From positions 54,215 to 118,214 of the forward strand of contig VBHP01000033.1 in the NCBI GenBank assembly GCA_005881435.1: DNA of 64,000 nucleotides. The letters run 5' to 3'. How positions within the stretch are numbered: the first letter of the stretch is position 1; every line of letters starts with the position of its first letter. The notes beneath the pieces are model-generated. The model searched no databases and had not been told where the DNA came from. It saw nothing but the letters and a program-made list of their open reading frames with translations. The translations under genes were made by a program, and so were the position numbers. The DNA comes from Chloroflexota bacterium (GTDB lineage Bacteria > Chloroflexota > Limnocylindria > P2-11E > CF-107). Positions 9,395-19,124 of this stretch are shown here, one piece after another.

Positions 9395-10297
9395 TCATCG
9401 CCGCGCCGCCACACGCATGGCGACGACGACACGAGGGCGGCCCGCGAGATCGGCGACGATGTCGGTCCGCACCCCTGGCGCGGCGCCGAGCTCGGCCGCG
9501 GCGCTCCGAGCCTGAGCGGGCCCGCACTCGAAAAGCGCGATGTCAGTCGGCGCGGGACGCGCGAGCAACTGGGCGATCGCCAGGCGGATGACCGCCAGCC
9601 CGTCGGCGCCGGCGTCCAGCGCCGCACGCGGTTCGAACTCGATGGAGGTGCCGCCTCCCGCATCGACCTCCGCGCTGGTCAGGTACGGAAGATTCGCCAC
9701 GACGGCGTCGAGCGTTTCGTGGATCGGCGCGAGGAGGTCGCCGGCGCGGAAGTCGATGCGCTCCCTGACCTCATGGCGTGATGCGTTCGCACGCGCCACC
9801 TCGAGAGCCGCGGTCGACGAATCCGTGGCGATGAGACGTGCGCGAGGCAGCGCGACCGCCAGCGCGATCGCGATCGCGCCGCTCCCGGTGCCGAGATCGC
9901 AGATCAGCGGCGAGTCGAGCGGGGCGAGACGGCGCACAGTCTCGTCCACCAGCAATTCGGTCTCGGGCCGCGGGATCAGCACGCGGGGATCGACCGCGAA
10001 CTCCAGCCCGTAGAACTCCTTCCAGCCGCGCAGGTACGCGACGGGCTCGCCGCGAGCGCGGCGCGCGATGAGTCCCTCGTATCCAGCGCGCTCGTCCGCG
10101 CTCAGCACGGGTTCGGGGTGCGCGTAGACGTCCTCCTTGCGGATGCCGAGCACGTACGCGAGCAGTAGATCGGCGTCGAGCACCGCGCTCTCGATGCCGG
10201 CCTCGCGGAGTCGCGCGATCGCCTCGCGACGCGCGTTGGCGCGGGTGTCAGGCGGCGAGGAGCCCACGGCGCTTGCCGACGCGCGCGAAAGCGGCAA
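9395..10297 (-). CDS. prmC: Release-factor glutamine N5-methyltransferase (HemK/PrmC family)
   Basis: 300 aa. HemK N-domain ([15 protein letters not shown]), SAM motif [17 protein letters not shown], and catalytic tetrapeptide present as NLPY rather than NPPY. 50-nt overlap with kbl suggests the true start is a little downstream. Confidence 0.75.
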   Translation of the reverse strand: MPLSRASASAVGSSPPDTRANARREAIARLREAGIESAVLDADLLLAYVLGIRKEDVYAHPEPVLSADERAGYEGLIARRARGEPVAYLRGWKEFYGLEFAVDPRVLIPRPETELLVDETVRRLAPLDSPLICDLGTGSGAIAIALAVALPRARLIATDSSTAALEVARANASRHEVRERIDFRAGDLLAPIHETLDAVVANLPYLTSAEVDAGGGTSIEFEPRAALDAGADGLAVIRLAIAQLLARPAPTDIALFECGPAQARSAAAELGAAPGVRTDIVADLAGRPRVVVAMRVAARR

Positions 10298-11441
10298 TGG
10301 CGCGATCGACCTGTTCGACGGTGTGCGCGGCTGAGAGCTGCACCCGGATCCGCGCCTGACCTTTCGGCACGACCGGATAGCTGAAACCGATGACGTAGAT
10401 CCCTTCGCCGAGGAGGTCGCGCGCCATCTCGTTCGCGATTCGGGCGTCGCCGATCATGATCGGGACGATCGGGTGGTCTCCGGGCCTGATCTGGAATCCG
10501 GCCGTGCGCACACCTTCGCGGAACCGCTTGGCGTTCGCCATCAGCCTCTCGCGCAGCTCGCCGGTCTCGGCGAGCAGATCGAGCACCGCCAACGTGCCGG
10601 CGACGATGACCGGCGACACCGAATTCGAGAACAGATACGGCCGCGCGCGCTGCCGCAGGATCTCGATCAGGTCGCGCGGGCCCGCGGCGAAACCGCCGGA
10701 CGCGCCGCCGAGCGCCTTGCCCAGCGTCGACGTGATCAGATCGACGCGGCCCATCACGCCAGCGAATTCGTGCGTGCCGCGGCCACGCGCACCCATGAAG
10801 CCGGTGGCGTGCGAATCGTCCACCAGGACCATCGCCTCGTGGCGCTCGGCCAGCGCGCAGATCTCCGGCAGCTTGGCCACGTCGCCGTCCATGGAGAAGA
10901 CCCCGTCGGTGACGATGAGACGGAGCCGCTTCGCGCGCGTGGCCTCCAGGCAGCGACCGAGCTCGGCCATGTCCGCGTGCGCGAAGCGCTGACGTTCGGC
11001 CTTGCACAAGCGAACGCCATCGATGATCGAGGCGTGATTTAGCGCGTCGGAGATGACCGCGTCGTGTTCGCCGAGGAGCGCCTCGAACACGCCGCCGTTG
11101 GCGTCGAACGCGCTCGGGAACAGGACGCAGTCCTCCGTACCGACGAACTCCGCCAGGCGGCGTTCCAGTTCCCGATGCCGATCCTGCGTGCCGCAGATGA
11201 AACGCACGCTGGACATGCCGTAGCCGCGTTGTTCCAAGCCGCGACGGGCGGCCTCCAGCACACGCGCGTGGGCGGAGAGGCCGAGGTAATTGTTGGCGCA
11301 GAAGTTGAGCACGCGTTTGCCGTTGACGACGATCTCGGCTCCCTGCGGCGACTCGATCAGCCGCTCGTCCTTCCACGTCCCCGCCTCCCGGATCTCCGCC
11401 AGCGTCTTCGCGTAATGCTCCTGCGCCGTTCTGGTCAACAT
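10248..11441 (-). CDS. kbl: Glycine C-acetyltransferase (2-amino-3-ketobutyrate CoA ligase)
   Basis: 397 aa class-II aminotransferase. Motifs [16 protein letters not shown] and [13 protein letters not shown] (PLP-Lys). Confidence 0.9.
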   Translation of the reverse strand: MLTRTAQEHYAKTLAEIREAGTWKDERLIESPQGAEIVVNGKRVLNFCANNYLGLSAHARVLEAARRGLEQRGYGMSSVRFICGTQDRHRELERRLAEFVGTEDCVLFPSAFDANGGVFEALLGEHDAVISDALNHASIIDGVRLCKAERQRFAHADMAELGRCLEATRAKRLRLIVTDGVFSMDGDVAKLPEICALAERHEAMVLVDDSHATGFMGARGRGTHEFAGVMGRVDLITSTLGKALGGASGGFAAGPRDLIEILRQRARPYLFSNSVSPVIVAGTLAVLDLLAETGELRERLMANAKRFREGVRTAGFQIRPGDHPIVPIMIGDARIANEMARDLLGEGIYVIGFSYPVVPKGQARIRVQLSAAHTVEQVDRAIAAFARVGKRRGLLAA

Positions 11442-11451
11442 CTCCGCCTCC

Positions 11452-12438
11452 TCACTCCGTCCAGTCCATGACCACCTTGCCGCACTGACCCGAGCGCACC
11501 ACCTCGAACGCCTGGGCGTAGTCGCGCGCCGCGAAGCGGTGCGTGATGACCGGCGTGATGTCGAGGCCGCTCTGAAGCATCGTCCCCATGCGGTACCAGG
11601 TCTCGAACATCTCCCGGCCGTAGATGCCCTTCAGCGTCAGACCGCGAAAGATCACCTGATCCCAATCGATCGGTATCTCGCGATCGGGGATCCCCAGCAG
11701 CGCCACGCGGCCGCCGTGGTTCATGAACGCGAGCATCGAGCGCAGCGCCTCCGGACTGCCGGACATCTCCAGCCCGATGTCGAAGCCCTCGAGCATCCCG
11801 AGCTCCTTCATGACCTGGTCGAGCGTCGTCGTGGTGAAATCCACCGCCAACGTGGCGCCCATGCGGCGCGCCAGTTGCAGGCGGTAATGGTTCTTGTCGG
11901 TGACCACGACGTATCGCGCGCCGACGAATCGCGACACGGCGGCCGCCATCACGCCGATCGGTCCCGCGCCGGTGATGAGCACATCCTCGCCGGCGAGCTC
12001 GAACGACAGCGCGCTGTGCACGGCGTTGCCGAGGGGATCGAGGCAGGAACCGATCTCATCCGGCATGCCGGGCGGTAGCACGTACGCGTTCGACGCGGGC
12101 ACGGAGATGAACTCCGCGAACGCACCCGGCCGCTGCACGCCGATCCCTTGCGTGTTCCGACACAGGTGCCGCCGGCCGGCGCGACAGTTGCGGCAGTGGC
12201 CGCAGGTCACGTGCCCTTCGACGGCGACGCGCTCGCCGCGCTCGTAACCGGCGACCTCACTCCCGATCTCGACGACCGTACCTTCGAACTCGTGGCCGAT
12301 CACGAGCGGGATCGTGATCGTGCGCTGCGCCCAGGCGTCCCAGTTCACGATGTGCAGGTCGGTGCCGCAGATCGAGGTGTAGTGCTCATCTTGCATCCAG
12401 ATGCCGGGTTCCGGCCGGCTCTTTACCAGCGCTTTCAT
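11452..12438 (-). CDS. tdh: L-threonine 3-dehydrogenase (Zn-dependent MDR family)
   Basis: 328 aa. GHEFEG, CGHCRNC structural-zinc motif and GAGPIG Rossmann. Adjacent to kbl (tdh-kbl pair). Confidence 0.9.
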   Translation of the reverse strand: MKALVKSRPEPGIWMQDEHYTSICGTDLHIVNWDAWAQRTITIPLVIGHEFEGTVVEIGSEVAGYERGERVAVEGHVTCGHCRNCRAGRRHLCRNTQGIGVQRPGAFAEFISVPASNAYVLPPGMPDEIGSCLDPLGNAVHSALSFELAGEDVLITGAGPIGVMAAAVSRFVGARYVVVTDKNHYRLQLARRMGATLAVDFTTTTLDQVMKELGMLEGFDIGLEMSGSPEALRSMLAFMNHGGRVALLGIPDREIPIDWDQVIFRGLTLKGIYGREMFETWYRMGTMLQSGLDITPVITHRFAARDYAQAFEVVRSGQCGKVVMDWTE

Positions 12439-12462
12439 GCTCGTTCACTATGGCCTGCTGTG

Positions 12463-13452
12463 CCGATCGACGCAGAGGCGCCCGTTCGTCTCGCCGATAT
12501 CGAACGCGCGCGCGCCGTCGTCCGGCGCTACCTCAACGTGCCGACGCCACTCGAACCGGCGCCCTTGCTGTCGCGCGAGCTCGGCTGCGAGGTCTGGCTG
12601 AAGCTCGAGACGTTGCACCCGACACGCGCGTACAAAGTGCGCGGCGCTCTGGCGAAGCTGTCGTCGCTGGAGCGCGAGCGGCTCACGCGTGGCGTCGTCG
12701 CGGCGTCGGCGGGCAACCACGGGCAGGCCGTGGCGTGGGCTGCATGGCGCCTCGGCACCAGCGCCGTGATCGTCATGCCCAAGACCGTCGACACCTCGAT
12801 CGTCGAACGCTGCCGCGCCTATGGCGCCGACGTCCGCCTCGCCGGCGACGTCTACGACGACACCCTCGCGCTCGCGCACGAAGTGGAGGAGCGCGACGGG
12901 CGCACGTTCGTACACCCGTACGGCGATCCGATCGTCATCGCCGGGCAGGCAACGATCGGGCTGGAGATCATGGAGCAGCTGCCCGCCGCCCAGGTCGTCG
13001 TTGCCGGCGTCGGGGGCGGCGGGCTGGTCTCAGGGCTCGCGACCGCGCTGAAGACGTCAGGCTGGCGCGGCAAGATCTACGGCGTCGAACCCGAGGGCGC
13101 GGACGCCGTCTCGCGCTCGATCGCGGCCGGGCACGTCATCAGCGTCGATCACCCGTTGTCGATCGCCGACAAGCTCGTGGCCAAGAGCACTCTGCCGATC
13201 ACGCTCGATATCTTCGGACGGTACGTCGACCAGGTGGTGCGAGTGAGCGAGAGGGCCATCGCCGACGCGATGTACGAATACCTGTCGCGACTGTCTCTGC
13301 TCGTCGAGGGCTCAGCCGCGGTCGGCCTCGCCGCATTGCGCGGCGGCCTCATCGATAACCGCGGCCGGCACGTCGTGCTCGTGGTGTCGGGCGCGAACGT
13401 GTCGGCGGAACTGATAGCGCAGATCGTCAGCGAGCGAAGGGCCAGGCGGTGA
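12463..13452 (+). CDS. PLP-dependent threonine/serine dehydratase (fold-type II)
   Basis: LKLETLHPTRAYKVRGA (PLP lysine), AASAGNHGQAVA and GVGGGG. GTG start at 12463 chosen as first in-frame start beyond the antisense tdh overlap; track ORF start 12148 lies inside tdh. Confidence 0.7.
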   Translation, partial: PIDAEAPVRLADIERARAVVRRYLNVPTPLEPAPLLSRELGCEVWLKLETLHPTRAYKVRGALAKLSSLERERLTRGVVAASAGNHGQAVAWAAWRLGTSAVIVMPKTVDTSIVERCRAYGADVRLAGDVYDDTLALAHEVEERDGRTFVHPYGDPIVIAGQATIGLEIMEQLPAAQVVVAGVGGGGLVSGLATALKTSGWRGKIYGVEPEGADAVSRSIAAGHVISVDHPLSIADKLVAKSTLPITLDIFGRYVDQVVRVSERAIADAMYEYLSRLSLLVEGSAAVGLAALRGGLIDNRGRHVVLVVSGANVSAELIAQIVSERRARR

Positions 13453-13856
13453 GTGCCTACGCCGAGCACGTCTCGGTGCGGACCACGAAGAAGGAGCAGG
13501 CACAGGACGTGACAGATCGCGTGCGTGCCGTGGTGCGAAAGAGCAAGGTACGGACGGGCCTCTGCACGGTGGCGGTGCTGCACACCACAGCCGGCGTGTA
13601 CGTCAACGAGAACGCCGACCCCGATGTCCTGACCGACGTGCTCAGCGCGTTGCGGCGCGCGGTGCCGGACGACGCCGGCTATCGACACGCGGAAGGAAAC
13701 GCGCCGGCGCACATCCGTACGGTGCTCACCGGCGCGTCCACGACCGTCCCGGTCGCCGACGGCGACCTGGCGCTCGGCACGTGGCAGGGCATCTTCCTCG
13801 CGGAATTCGACGGCCCGCGCGAGCGGAGAATGCTCGTCACTGTCATCGGCGACTGA
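13449..13856 (+). CDS. YjbQ/UPF0047 family protein (secondary thiamine-phosphate synthase-like)
   Basis: 135 aa. YjbQ signature GLCTVAVLHTTAGV...HIRTVLTGAS. GTGA overlap with upstream gene. Confidence 0.8.
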   Translation: MSAYAEHVSVRTTKKEQAQDVTDRVRAVVRKSKVRTGLCTVAVLHTTAGVYVNENADPDVLTDVLSALRRAVPDDAGYRHAEGNAPAHIRTVLTGASTTVPVADGDLALGTWQGIFLAEFDGPRERRMLVTVIGD

Positions 13857-13908
13857 CTCGGTATCCTGTACGTCTCTCACGCGTTCCTCACTGTGGGGAG
13901 GGGAGCTC

Positions 13909-15336
13909 ATGGCGACAGGAACGCTCGTTCGTTCCTCTGCACCGACCGAAGCCGACACCGCTCGCGTCCTGCGCACGGCCCTGTCTCGCGGCGGCGAGTG
14001 GGCCGAGGTCTTCTGGGAGCGACATCGCGTGGTGTCGCTCGTATTCGACGACGGCCGCCTCGAAGAAGCGACCTCGGGGACTGATCAGGGCGCGGGCATC
14101 CGCGTCCTTCTCGGCGAGCGCACCGTGTACGCCGACGGGAACGTCACCGACCTCGACGATCTCACGGCGCTCGCCGGCCGTGCCGCGGGCGCGGTCGGGC
14201 GCGCGGCCACGGCGGGGCCTGCCGACCTGCCGGAAATGACGCGAGTCGAGGTGCTTCCGCCGAGCGAGGTCCGGATCGATCCGCGCGAGGTGCCGATCGA
14301 GCAGAAGGTCCGCATCCTGGAGCTGGCCAACGCCGTCACGCGCGGTCACGACGAGCGGATCAGCCAGGTCACGGTCGTGTATCGCGAGTCGGTCCAGGAC
14401 GTCGTCATCGCCAACGCCGAGGGACGCTTCGCGACCGAGACCCGCGTCCGCTTGGTCTTCGCCGTGAACGCGGTGGCGAAAGCCGGAGCCCTCCAGCAGA
14501 CCGGGTATGAGGCCATCGGCGGCACCGTCGGGTTCGAGCAGATGAGCGAAGATGCTGTCGCCGAGACCGCGCGGACCGCGGCGCGCCGCGCGATCCTGAA
14601 CCTGGAGGCGGAGCCGGCGCCGGCCGGGACCTACATGGTCGTCGTCTCCAGCGAAGCCGGCGGCACCCTGATCCACGAGACCGTCGGACACGGTTTGGAG
14701 GCCGACTTCAACGACCGCGGGCTCTCGGTCTACGCCGGCAAGCTCGGTCAGAAGGTCGCGAGCGAGCTGATCACCGTCATCGACGACGGCAGCATGCCCG
14801 GCAAGCGCGGCACGAACGCGGTCGACGACGAGGGCACGCCGACGCGGCACAACGTGCTGATCGAGAACGGCATCCTGCGGCTGTACCTGACCGACCGCAA
14901 GCACGCCAAGAAGATGGGTCTGCCGCTGAGCGGCAACGCGCGGCGGCAGAGCTTCCGGCACCTGCCGATCCCACGGATGACGACGACGATGATCGCTCCC
15001 GGCAAGACCGATCCGCAGGAGATCATCCGCTCGGTCGAGAGCGGCGTCTTCGTTCGCAAGATGGGCGGCGGCCAGGTCGATCCGGTGAGCGGGCATTTCG
15101 CCTTCGAGATCAGCGAGGGCTACAAGCTGCGCGGCGGCAAGGTCGCCGAGGCCATCCGCGGCGCGACGCTCACGGGACACGCGCCGACGGTGATGAACTC
15201 GATCGACATGGTCGGCAGCGATCTCGGCTTCTCCATCGGCACCTGCGGCAAGGACGGACAGGGCGCGCCGGTGTCCGACGCGCAGCCCACGATCCGCATT
15301 CCCGAGATCGTCATCGGCGGCATCGTCAAGGAATGA
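13909..15336 (+). CDS. tldD: TldD family metalloprotease
   Basis: 475 aa with HExxxH (HETVGHG), the TldD/PmbA C-terminal beta-barrel region and a Gly-rich GGGQ motif. GGGGAGGGGAG RBS upstream. Confidence 0.9.
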   Translation: MATGTLVRSSAPTEADTARVLRTALSRGGEWAEVFWERHRVVSLVFDDGRLEEATSGTDQGAGIRVLLGERTVYADGNVTDLDDLTALAGRAAGAVGRAATAGPADLPEMTRVEVLPPSEVRIDPREVPIEQKVRILELANAVTRGHDERISQVTVVYRESVQDVVIANAEGRFATETRVRLVFAVNAVAKAGALQQTGYEAIGGTVGFEQMSEDAVAETARTAARRAILNLEAEPAPAGTYMVVVSSEAGGTLIHETVGHGLEADFNDRGLSVYAGKLGQKVASELITVIDDGSMPGKRGTNAVDDEGTPTRHNVLIENGILRLYLTDRKHAKKMGLPLSGNARRQSFRHLPIPRMTTTMIAPGKTDPQEIIRSVESGVFVRKMGGGQVDPVSGHFAFEISEGYKLRGGKVAEAIRGATLTGHAPTVMNSIDMVGSDLGFSIGTCGKDGQGAPVSDAQPTIRIPEIVIGGIVKE

Positions 15337-16688
15337 CCGAACGACTGGACAACGATGCCGTCGTCGAACGCGCCCTGGATGAAGTGCGCCGCCGAGACGG
15401 CCTCGAGGCCGAGGCGTATCTCCGCGATTCGCACGGCACCAGCATCGAAGTGATCGAGGGCAAGGTCGAAAGCGCCGAGGTCGAGACGGAGCGCGGCGTC
15501 GGGGTCCGCGTCCTCGATGCCGGTCGCGTCGGGTTCGCCTACACCAGCGACCTGTCGCCGGCCGGCATCGCCGAGTGTGTCGACCTCGCCGTGGCGAACG
15601 CGAGGGTCACCAGCCCGGACGAGTCCATCGCCTTCGCCGCGACGCCGATACCGCCGAACGGCGAGCTGCAGATTTTCGACTCGACGTACGAATCGCACGA
15701 CGTCGCGGAGAAGACCGAGCTGGCGCTGGCGATCGAGGCCGCCGCGCGGCGCGTCGATCCGCGCATCACCTCCTTCTACAAGACCTCCTACGGTGACGGC
15801 GCCGGCGTCACGGTCTTTGCGACCACGGCCGGCGGATACGGCACGTACCGCTCGACTTCGTTCGGCGCGGGCACCGCCTGCGTCGCGACCGAGGGCGAGG
15901 ACAAGCAGATCGGCGGGTTCGGGGATGGCGGCAGGACCTTCGACACGATCGACGCCGAGACCATCGGCGCGGAGGCCGCGCGACGCGCCTTGGAGAAGCT
16001 GCGCGCGCGAACCTTCAAGACGCAGCGCATCGACATCGTTCTCGAGCCGTACCGCGCGATGGAGCTCGTCGGCGCGATCTCGTCGCTCTTCTCCGCCGAG
16101 AACGTGCTCAAGGGCAAGAGCCTGCTCGCGGGAAAGATCGAGCAGCGAGTGGCCAGCGACGTCGTGACGCTGCGCGACGAGGGCCGCCGCATCGGTGGGC
16201 GCGCCACCGCGCCGTTCGACGGCGAGGGCGTCCCCACGCATGATCTCGTGCTGCTCGGCGGCGGGGTGCTGCGTGCGTACCTGCAGTCGATCAAGACCGC
16301 GAACCGCCTCGGCGCGAAGCCGACCGGCAACGCGCGCCGCGGTGGCTACGCCGGCACACCGCACGCCGGGATCTCGAACTTCTACCTCGAAGCCGGCCGA
16401 ACGCGCGCGACCGACCTCGTGCGCGGCGCGGATCGCGCTCTGGCCCTGACCTCGCTGCTGAACCTGCACACGATCGATCCGATCTCGGGCGAGTTCTCGC
16501 TCGGCGCGACGGCGACCTACCTCGAGAAGGGCGTCGCGCAATACCCGGTGAAGGGCATCACCGTCGCGGGCAATCTGATCGCGCTGCTGACCTCGATCGC
16601 CGCCGTGGGCGACGACCTGCGCTTCGGCTCCAGCGGTATCGGCAGCCCCTCGCTTTTGGTGCGAGACGTGTCGGTGGGCGGCGAGTAG
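15333..16688 (+). CDS. tldE: PmbA/TldE family protein (TldD partner)
   Basis: 451 aa TldD/PmbA-family homologue lacking HExxxH. ATGA overlap with tldD indicates a heterodimer operon. Confidence 0.85.
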   Translation: MTERLDNDAVVERALDEVRRRDGLEAEAYLRDSHGTSIEVIEGKVESAEVETERGVGVRVLDAGRVGFAYTSDLSPAGIAECVDLAVANARVTSPDESIAFAATPIPPNGELQIFDSTYESHDVAEKTELALAIEAAARRVDPRITSFYKTSYGDGAGVTVFATTAGGYGTYRSTSFGAGTACVATEGEDKQIGGFGDGGRTFDTIDAETIGAEAARRALEKLRARTFKTQRIDIVLEPYRAMELVGAISSLFSAENVLKGKSLLAGKIEQRVASDVVTLRDEGRRIGGRATAPFDGEGVPTHDLVLLGGGVLRAYLQSIKTANRLGAKPTGNARRGGYAGTPHAGISNFYLEAGRTRATDLVRGADRALALTSLLNLHTIDPISGEFSLGATATYLEKGVAQYPVKGITVAGNLIALLTSIAAVGDDLRFGSSGIGSPSLLVRDVSVGGE

Positions 16689-17624
16689 GTGGCGAGCTGG
16701 CGGGCGTTGCTGCGCGGCGATCCCCTGCCCTGGCTCCTCGAACGCCGCGACGCCCCGGTGCGCGCCGGCGCGCTCGAGCTTATCGAGGAGCGGTCGTCGC
16801 GCGATCCCGAGCTGCGTGAGGCGAAGGCGCGCGCGATGACGTCGCCGCCGATCTCCACGATCCTGAAGCGGCAGTACCCCGACGGCACGTGGGGCGAGGA
16901 CTGGTGGAAGCCGAAGTACACGGCCAGTCACTGGGAGATGCTTCTGCTCGTCGAGTACGGCGCGGATGGCGCGGATCCGCGGGTGCGGCGGGGAGCGCGG
17001 AAGATGCTCGACGCGATGGAGCCGAAGCGCGAGTCGCCGGGCTGGCTGGGCGATCACGGCGTGTCGTGCATCTTCGGGAGTCTGCTGCGCTACCTGTGCC
17101 ACGCCGGCTTCGGTGCGGACGAGCGCGTCGAATGGATCGTCGACCGGCTCGTGCGCGACTCCAAGGTCTTCGAGGCCGGCTGCTACATCAACGGCGATCT
17201 GCCGTGCGCCTGGGGCTACGCCCGGTTGCTGTGGGGCCTTGCCGCGCTGCCGGAGCAGTCGCGCACGCGTGAGGTCGAGCGCACTCTCCGCCGTGGCACC
17301 GAATGGCTGCTGTCGTACAAGCTGGAGCGCGGCGCCTACCCGACGGACTCAGATCCCAGCCACCTGTGGCGCTCGGCGAACTTCCCGCTCTTCTATCAGG
17401 CCGACGTCCTCTTCGTGCTGCGCGTGCTCGCGCAGCTCGACGCGCTCTCGGACACGCGCGCGGCGGGCGCGATCGCGTGGCTGCTGTCGCGGCAGGACGA
17501 GCGCGGTCGGTGGCATGGCCGCGCGCCCTATCTGGATCGCATGCCGTCGAAGATCGACGCCGACAAGTGGATCACACTGCAAGCGGCGCACGTGCTGAAG
17601 AGCGCGTTCCCCGAGGATGGCTAA
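16689..17624 (+). CDS. Alpha/alpha-toroid protein with prenyltransferase/squalene-oxidase repeats
   Basis: 311 aa. Two clear QW-type repeats (ILKRQYPDGTWGEDWW, LLSRQDERGRWHG) matching the PF00432-type consensus. Conserved Cys/His clusters: GDHGVSCIFG, YLCHAGFG, DLPCAWGYA. GTG start immediately after tldE stop. Confidence 0.55.
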   Translation: MASWRALLRGDPLPWLLERRDAPVRAGALELIEERSSRDPELREAKARAMTSPPISTILKRQYPDGTWGEDWWKPKYTASHWEMLLLVEYGADGADPRVRRGARKMLDAMEPKRESPGWLGDHGVSCIFGSLLRYLCHAGFGADERVEWIVDRLVRDSKVFEAGCYINGDLPCAWGYARLLWGLAALPEQSRTREVERTLRRGTEWLLSYKLERGAYPTDSDPSHLWRSANFPLFYQADVLFVLRVLAQLDALSDTRAAGAIAWLLSRQDERGRWHGRAPYLDRMPSKIDADKWITLQAAHVLKSAFPEDG

Positions 17625-18624
17625 GACCGCAGACCGCAATCTCTTGCGCAAGGTCCCGCCGCTCCGGTTCGGCGAGGGCGAGGACATCACGCTGTGCGGC
17701 GCGCTCGCCTCGGCGCTGCAGGCGACCCGTGGAGAGCGCGTCCAGGTATATGACGACGCGGCGGCGGGTTCAGGGATCGCGTTCCAGCTCCGCATCGACG
17801 ATCGCTGGGATCCGGACACGGTGTCACCCCACGCGCCGGACACGACCACGCGCGCCGCGGCCTCGGTTGGACTTCGTGCCGATGTGGTCGAGCCGCCGTT
17901 CGACGACGAGCTGCGCGAGCTCGTGTGGGAGCGGATCGTCGAGAGCGTCGAGGCAGACCTGCCGCCGCTGGCGCGCGGTCTGATGCAGCTGCCCGAGTTC
18001 GGCGTCATCACCGGCTATGACGTGCACGACAAGGTGCTGTTCGCGCGGACCTATGCCGACCACGGCGACGATCCGAGCCGCGTGCTGTTCGCAGACGCGT
18101 TCGCCGGAGAGCGGCCGGCGACGGCGGTGTTCCTCGATCGGGGTCCTCGTCTCGAAGATGTGGCGCTGGCGCGCGAGGCGGCCCGGCGCGCTGTCGAGGT
18201 GAGTGCGCCGGCAACGCGTGAGGTCGACGGCGTGAAGCTCTTTCAGGGCGAAGCCGCGTTCCGGGCCTGGATCGAAGCGCTCGCCGCAGACGTGCCTGGC
18301 CGCGAGGCGGCGCAGCGCGCCTTCGTCGATCACGCGCGTCGCGTGTTCCTGCACGGCGGGCGAAGAGCGGCGGCGCGGTTCCTGCGGCGCATTCGTCGGG
18401 CCTTTCCGGATCGCGTCGGGGCGGATCTCATTCGCGCCGCGGAGGCCTACGGATATGTTGCCGACGAGTGCGAGAAGATCGGCGTCCGCCCCTTCGACGC
18501 GTCGGTCGTCGCCCGGTTCATCGATCCCGGACAACGGCGGGGCTGGATGCATGCGCTCGAGCGCGCAGTGGAGCGCGAACGGGAGGCCGTCGTAGCCCTC
18601 ACGAGCGTCTCTCCCTCCCTCTAA
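17617..18624 (+). CDS. Conserved hypothetical protein (possible Cys-nucleophile hydrolase-like)
   Basis: 335 aa with no confidently recognisable domain. N-terminal GEDITLCGALASAL resembles the Cys motif of papain-like/C39/BtrH-N enzymes; this is inference only. 8-nt overlap with upstream gene. Confidence 0.45.
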   Translation: MAKTADRNLLRKVPPLRFGEGEDITLCGALASALQATRGERVQVYDDAAAGSGIAFQLRIDDRWDPDTVSPHAPDTTTRAAASVGLRADVVEPPFDDELRELVWERIVESVEADLPPLARGLMQLPEFGVITGYDVHDKVLFARTYADHGDDPSRVLFADAFAGERPATAVFLDRGPRLEDVALAREAARRAVEVSAPATREVDGVKLFQGEAAFRAWIEALAADVPGREAAQRAFVDHARRVFLHGGRRAAARFLRRIRRAFPDRVGADLIRAAEAYGYVADECEKIGVRPFDASVVARFIDPGQRRGWMHALERAVEREREAVVALTSVSPSL

Positions 18625-18656
18625 GTGGTGATTGACCGACCGGCGATACTCGACGG

Positions 18657-19121
18657 GTGCTCGAGGACAGCGGACCACAAGAGGACCTGCTCAAAGGGGC
18701 GCTCGCCGGCCTGATCGCTGCCGGCATCTCGGCGGCCGCGTGGGCCGCGATCGCGCTGGTGACCGATAGTCAGTTCGGCATCGTCGCGATCGCGATCGGT
18801 GCGTTCGTCGGCCTCGCCGTGCGCTGGGCCGGGCACGGCCGCTCGATCGCCGCCGGCATCGTCGGCGCGGCCTGCTCGCTGCTCGCGATCGCGGCCGGGA
18901 ACGTTCTCGCCGTCGCCGTCCTGGTCGCCCGCGAACTCGGCGTGCCGCTAACGGACGTCTTAGCGCTGATCGACTTCGACATCGTGTGGCAGGTCCTGAC
19001 CGAGGACTTCTCGTTCCTCGACGGCGTCTTCTACGCCTTCGCGCTGTACGAGGGCTTCCGCTTCGCCCTCGTCCCCGCGCCGAAGATCGCCGCCCCCGCG
19101 CCGCAAGCCCCGATCGCGTAA
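18657..19121 (+). CDS. Small integral membrane protein (3-4 TM)
   Basis: 154 aa with hydrophobic helices (LIAAGISAAAWAAIALV, IVAIAIGAFVGLAV, IVGAACSLLAIAAGNVLAVAVLV). GTG start. Last gene of the tldD-led operon. Confidence 0.5.
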   Translation: MLEDSGPQEDLLKGALAGLIAAGISAAAWAAIALVTDSQFGIVAIAIGAFVGLAVRWAGHGRSIAAGIVGAACSLLAIAAGNVLAVAVLVARELGVPLTDVLALIDFDIVWQVLTEDFSFLDGVFYAFALYEGFRFALVPAPKIAAPAPQAPIA

Positions 19122-19124
19122 GCC

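Noticed and set aside
12450-13358. 302-aa Arg-rich plus-strand ORF
   Set aside because: Alternative frame of the threonine dehydratase; translation is about 40% Arg with no domain.
13888-15180. 430-aa minus-strand ORF
   Set aside because: Antisense to tldD, which has the HExxxH motif.
15120-17102. 660-aa minus-strand ORF
   Set aside because: Antisense to tldD/tldE/toroid genes; Arg/Ala-rich low complexity.
16689-17624. LanC-like (lanthionine cyclase) interpretation of the toroid protein
   Set aside because: Cys/His clusters are present, but their order (HG, then CHxG, then CxWG) does not match LanC (GxAHG, WCxG, CHG). The two QW repeats fit the PF00432-type prenyltransferase/squalene-oxidase repeat better.
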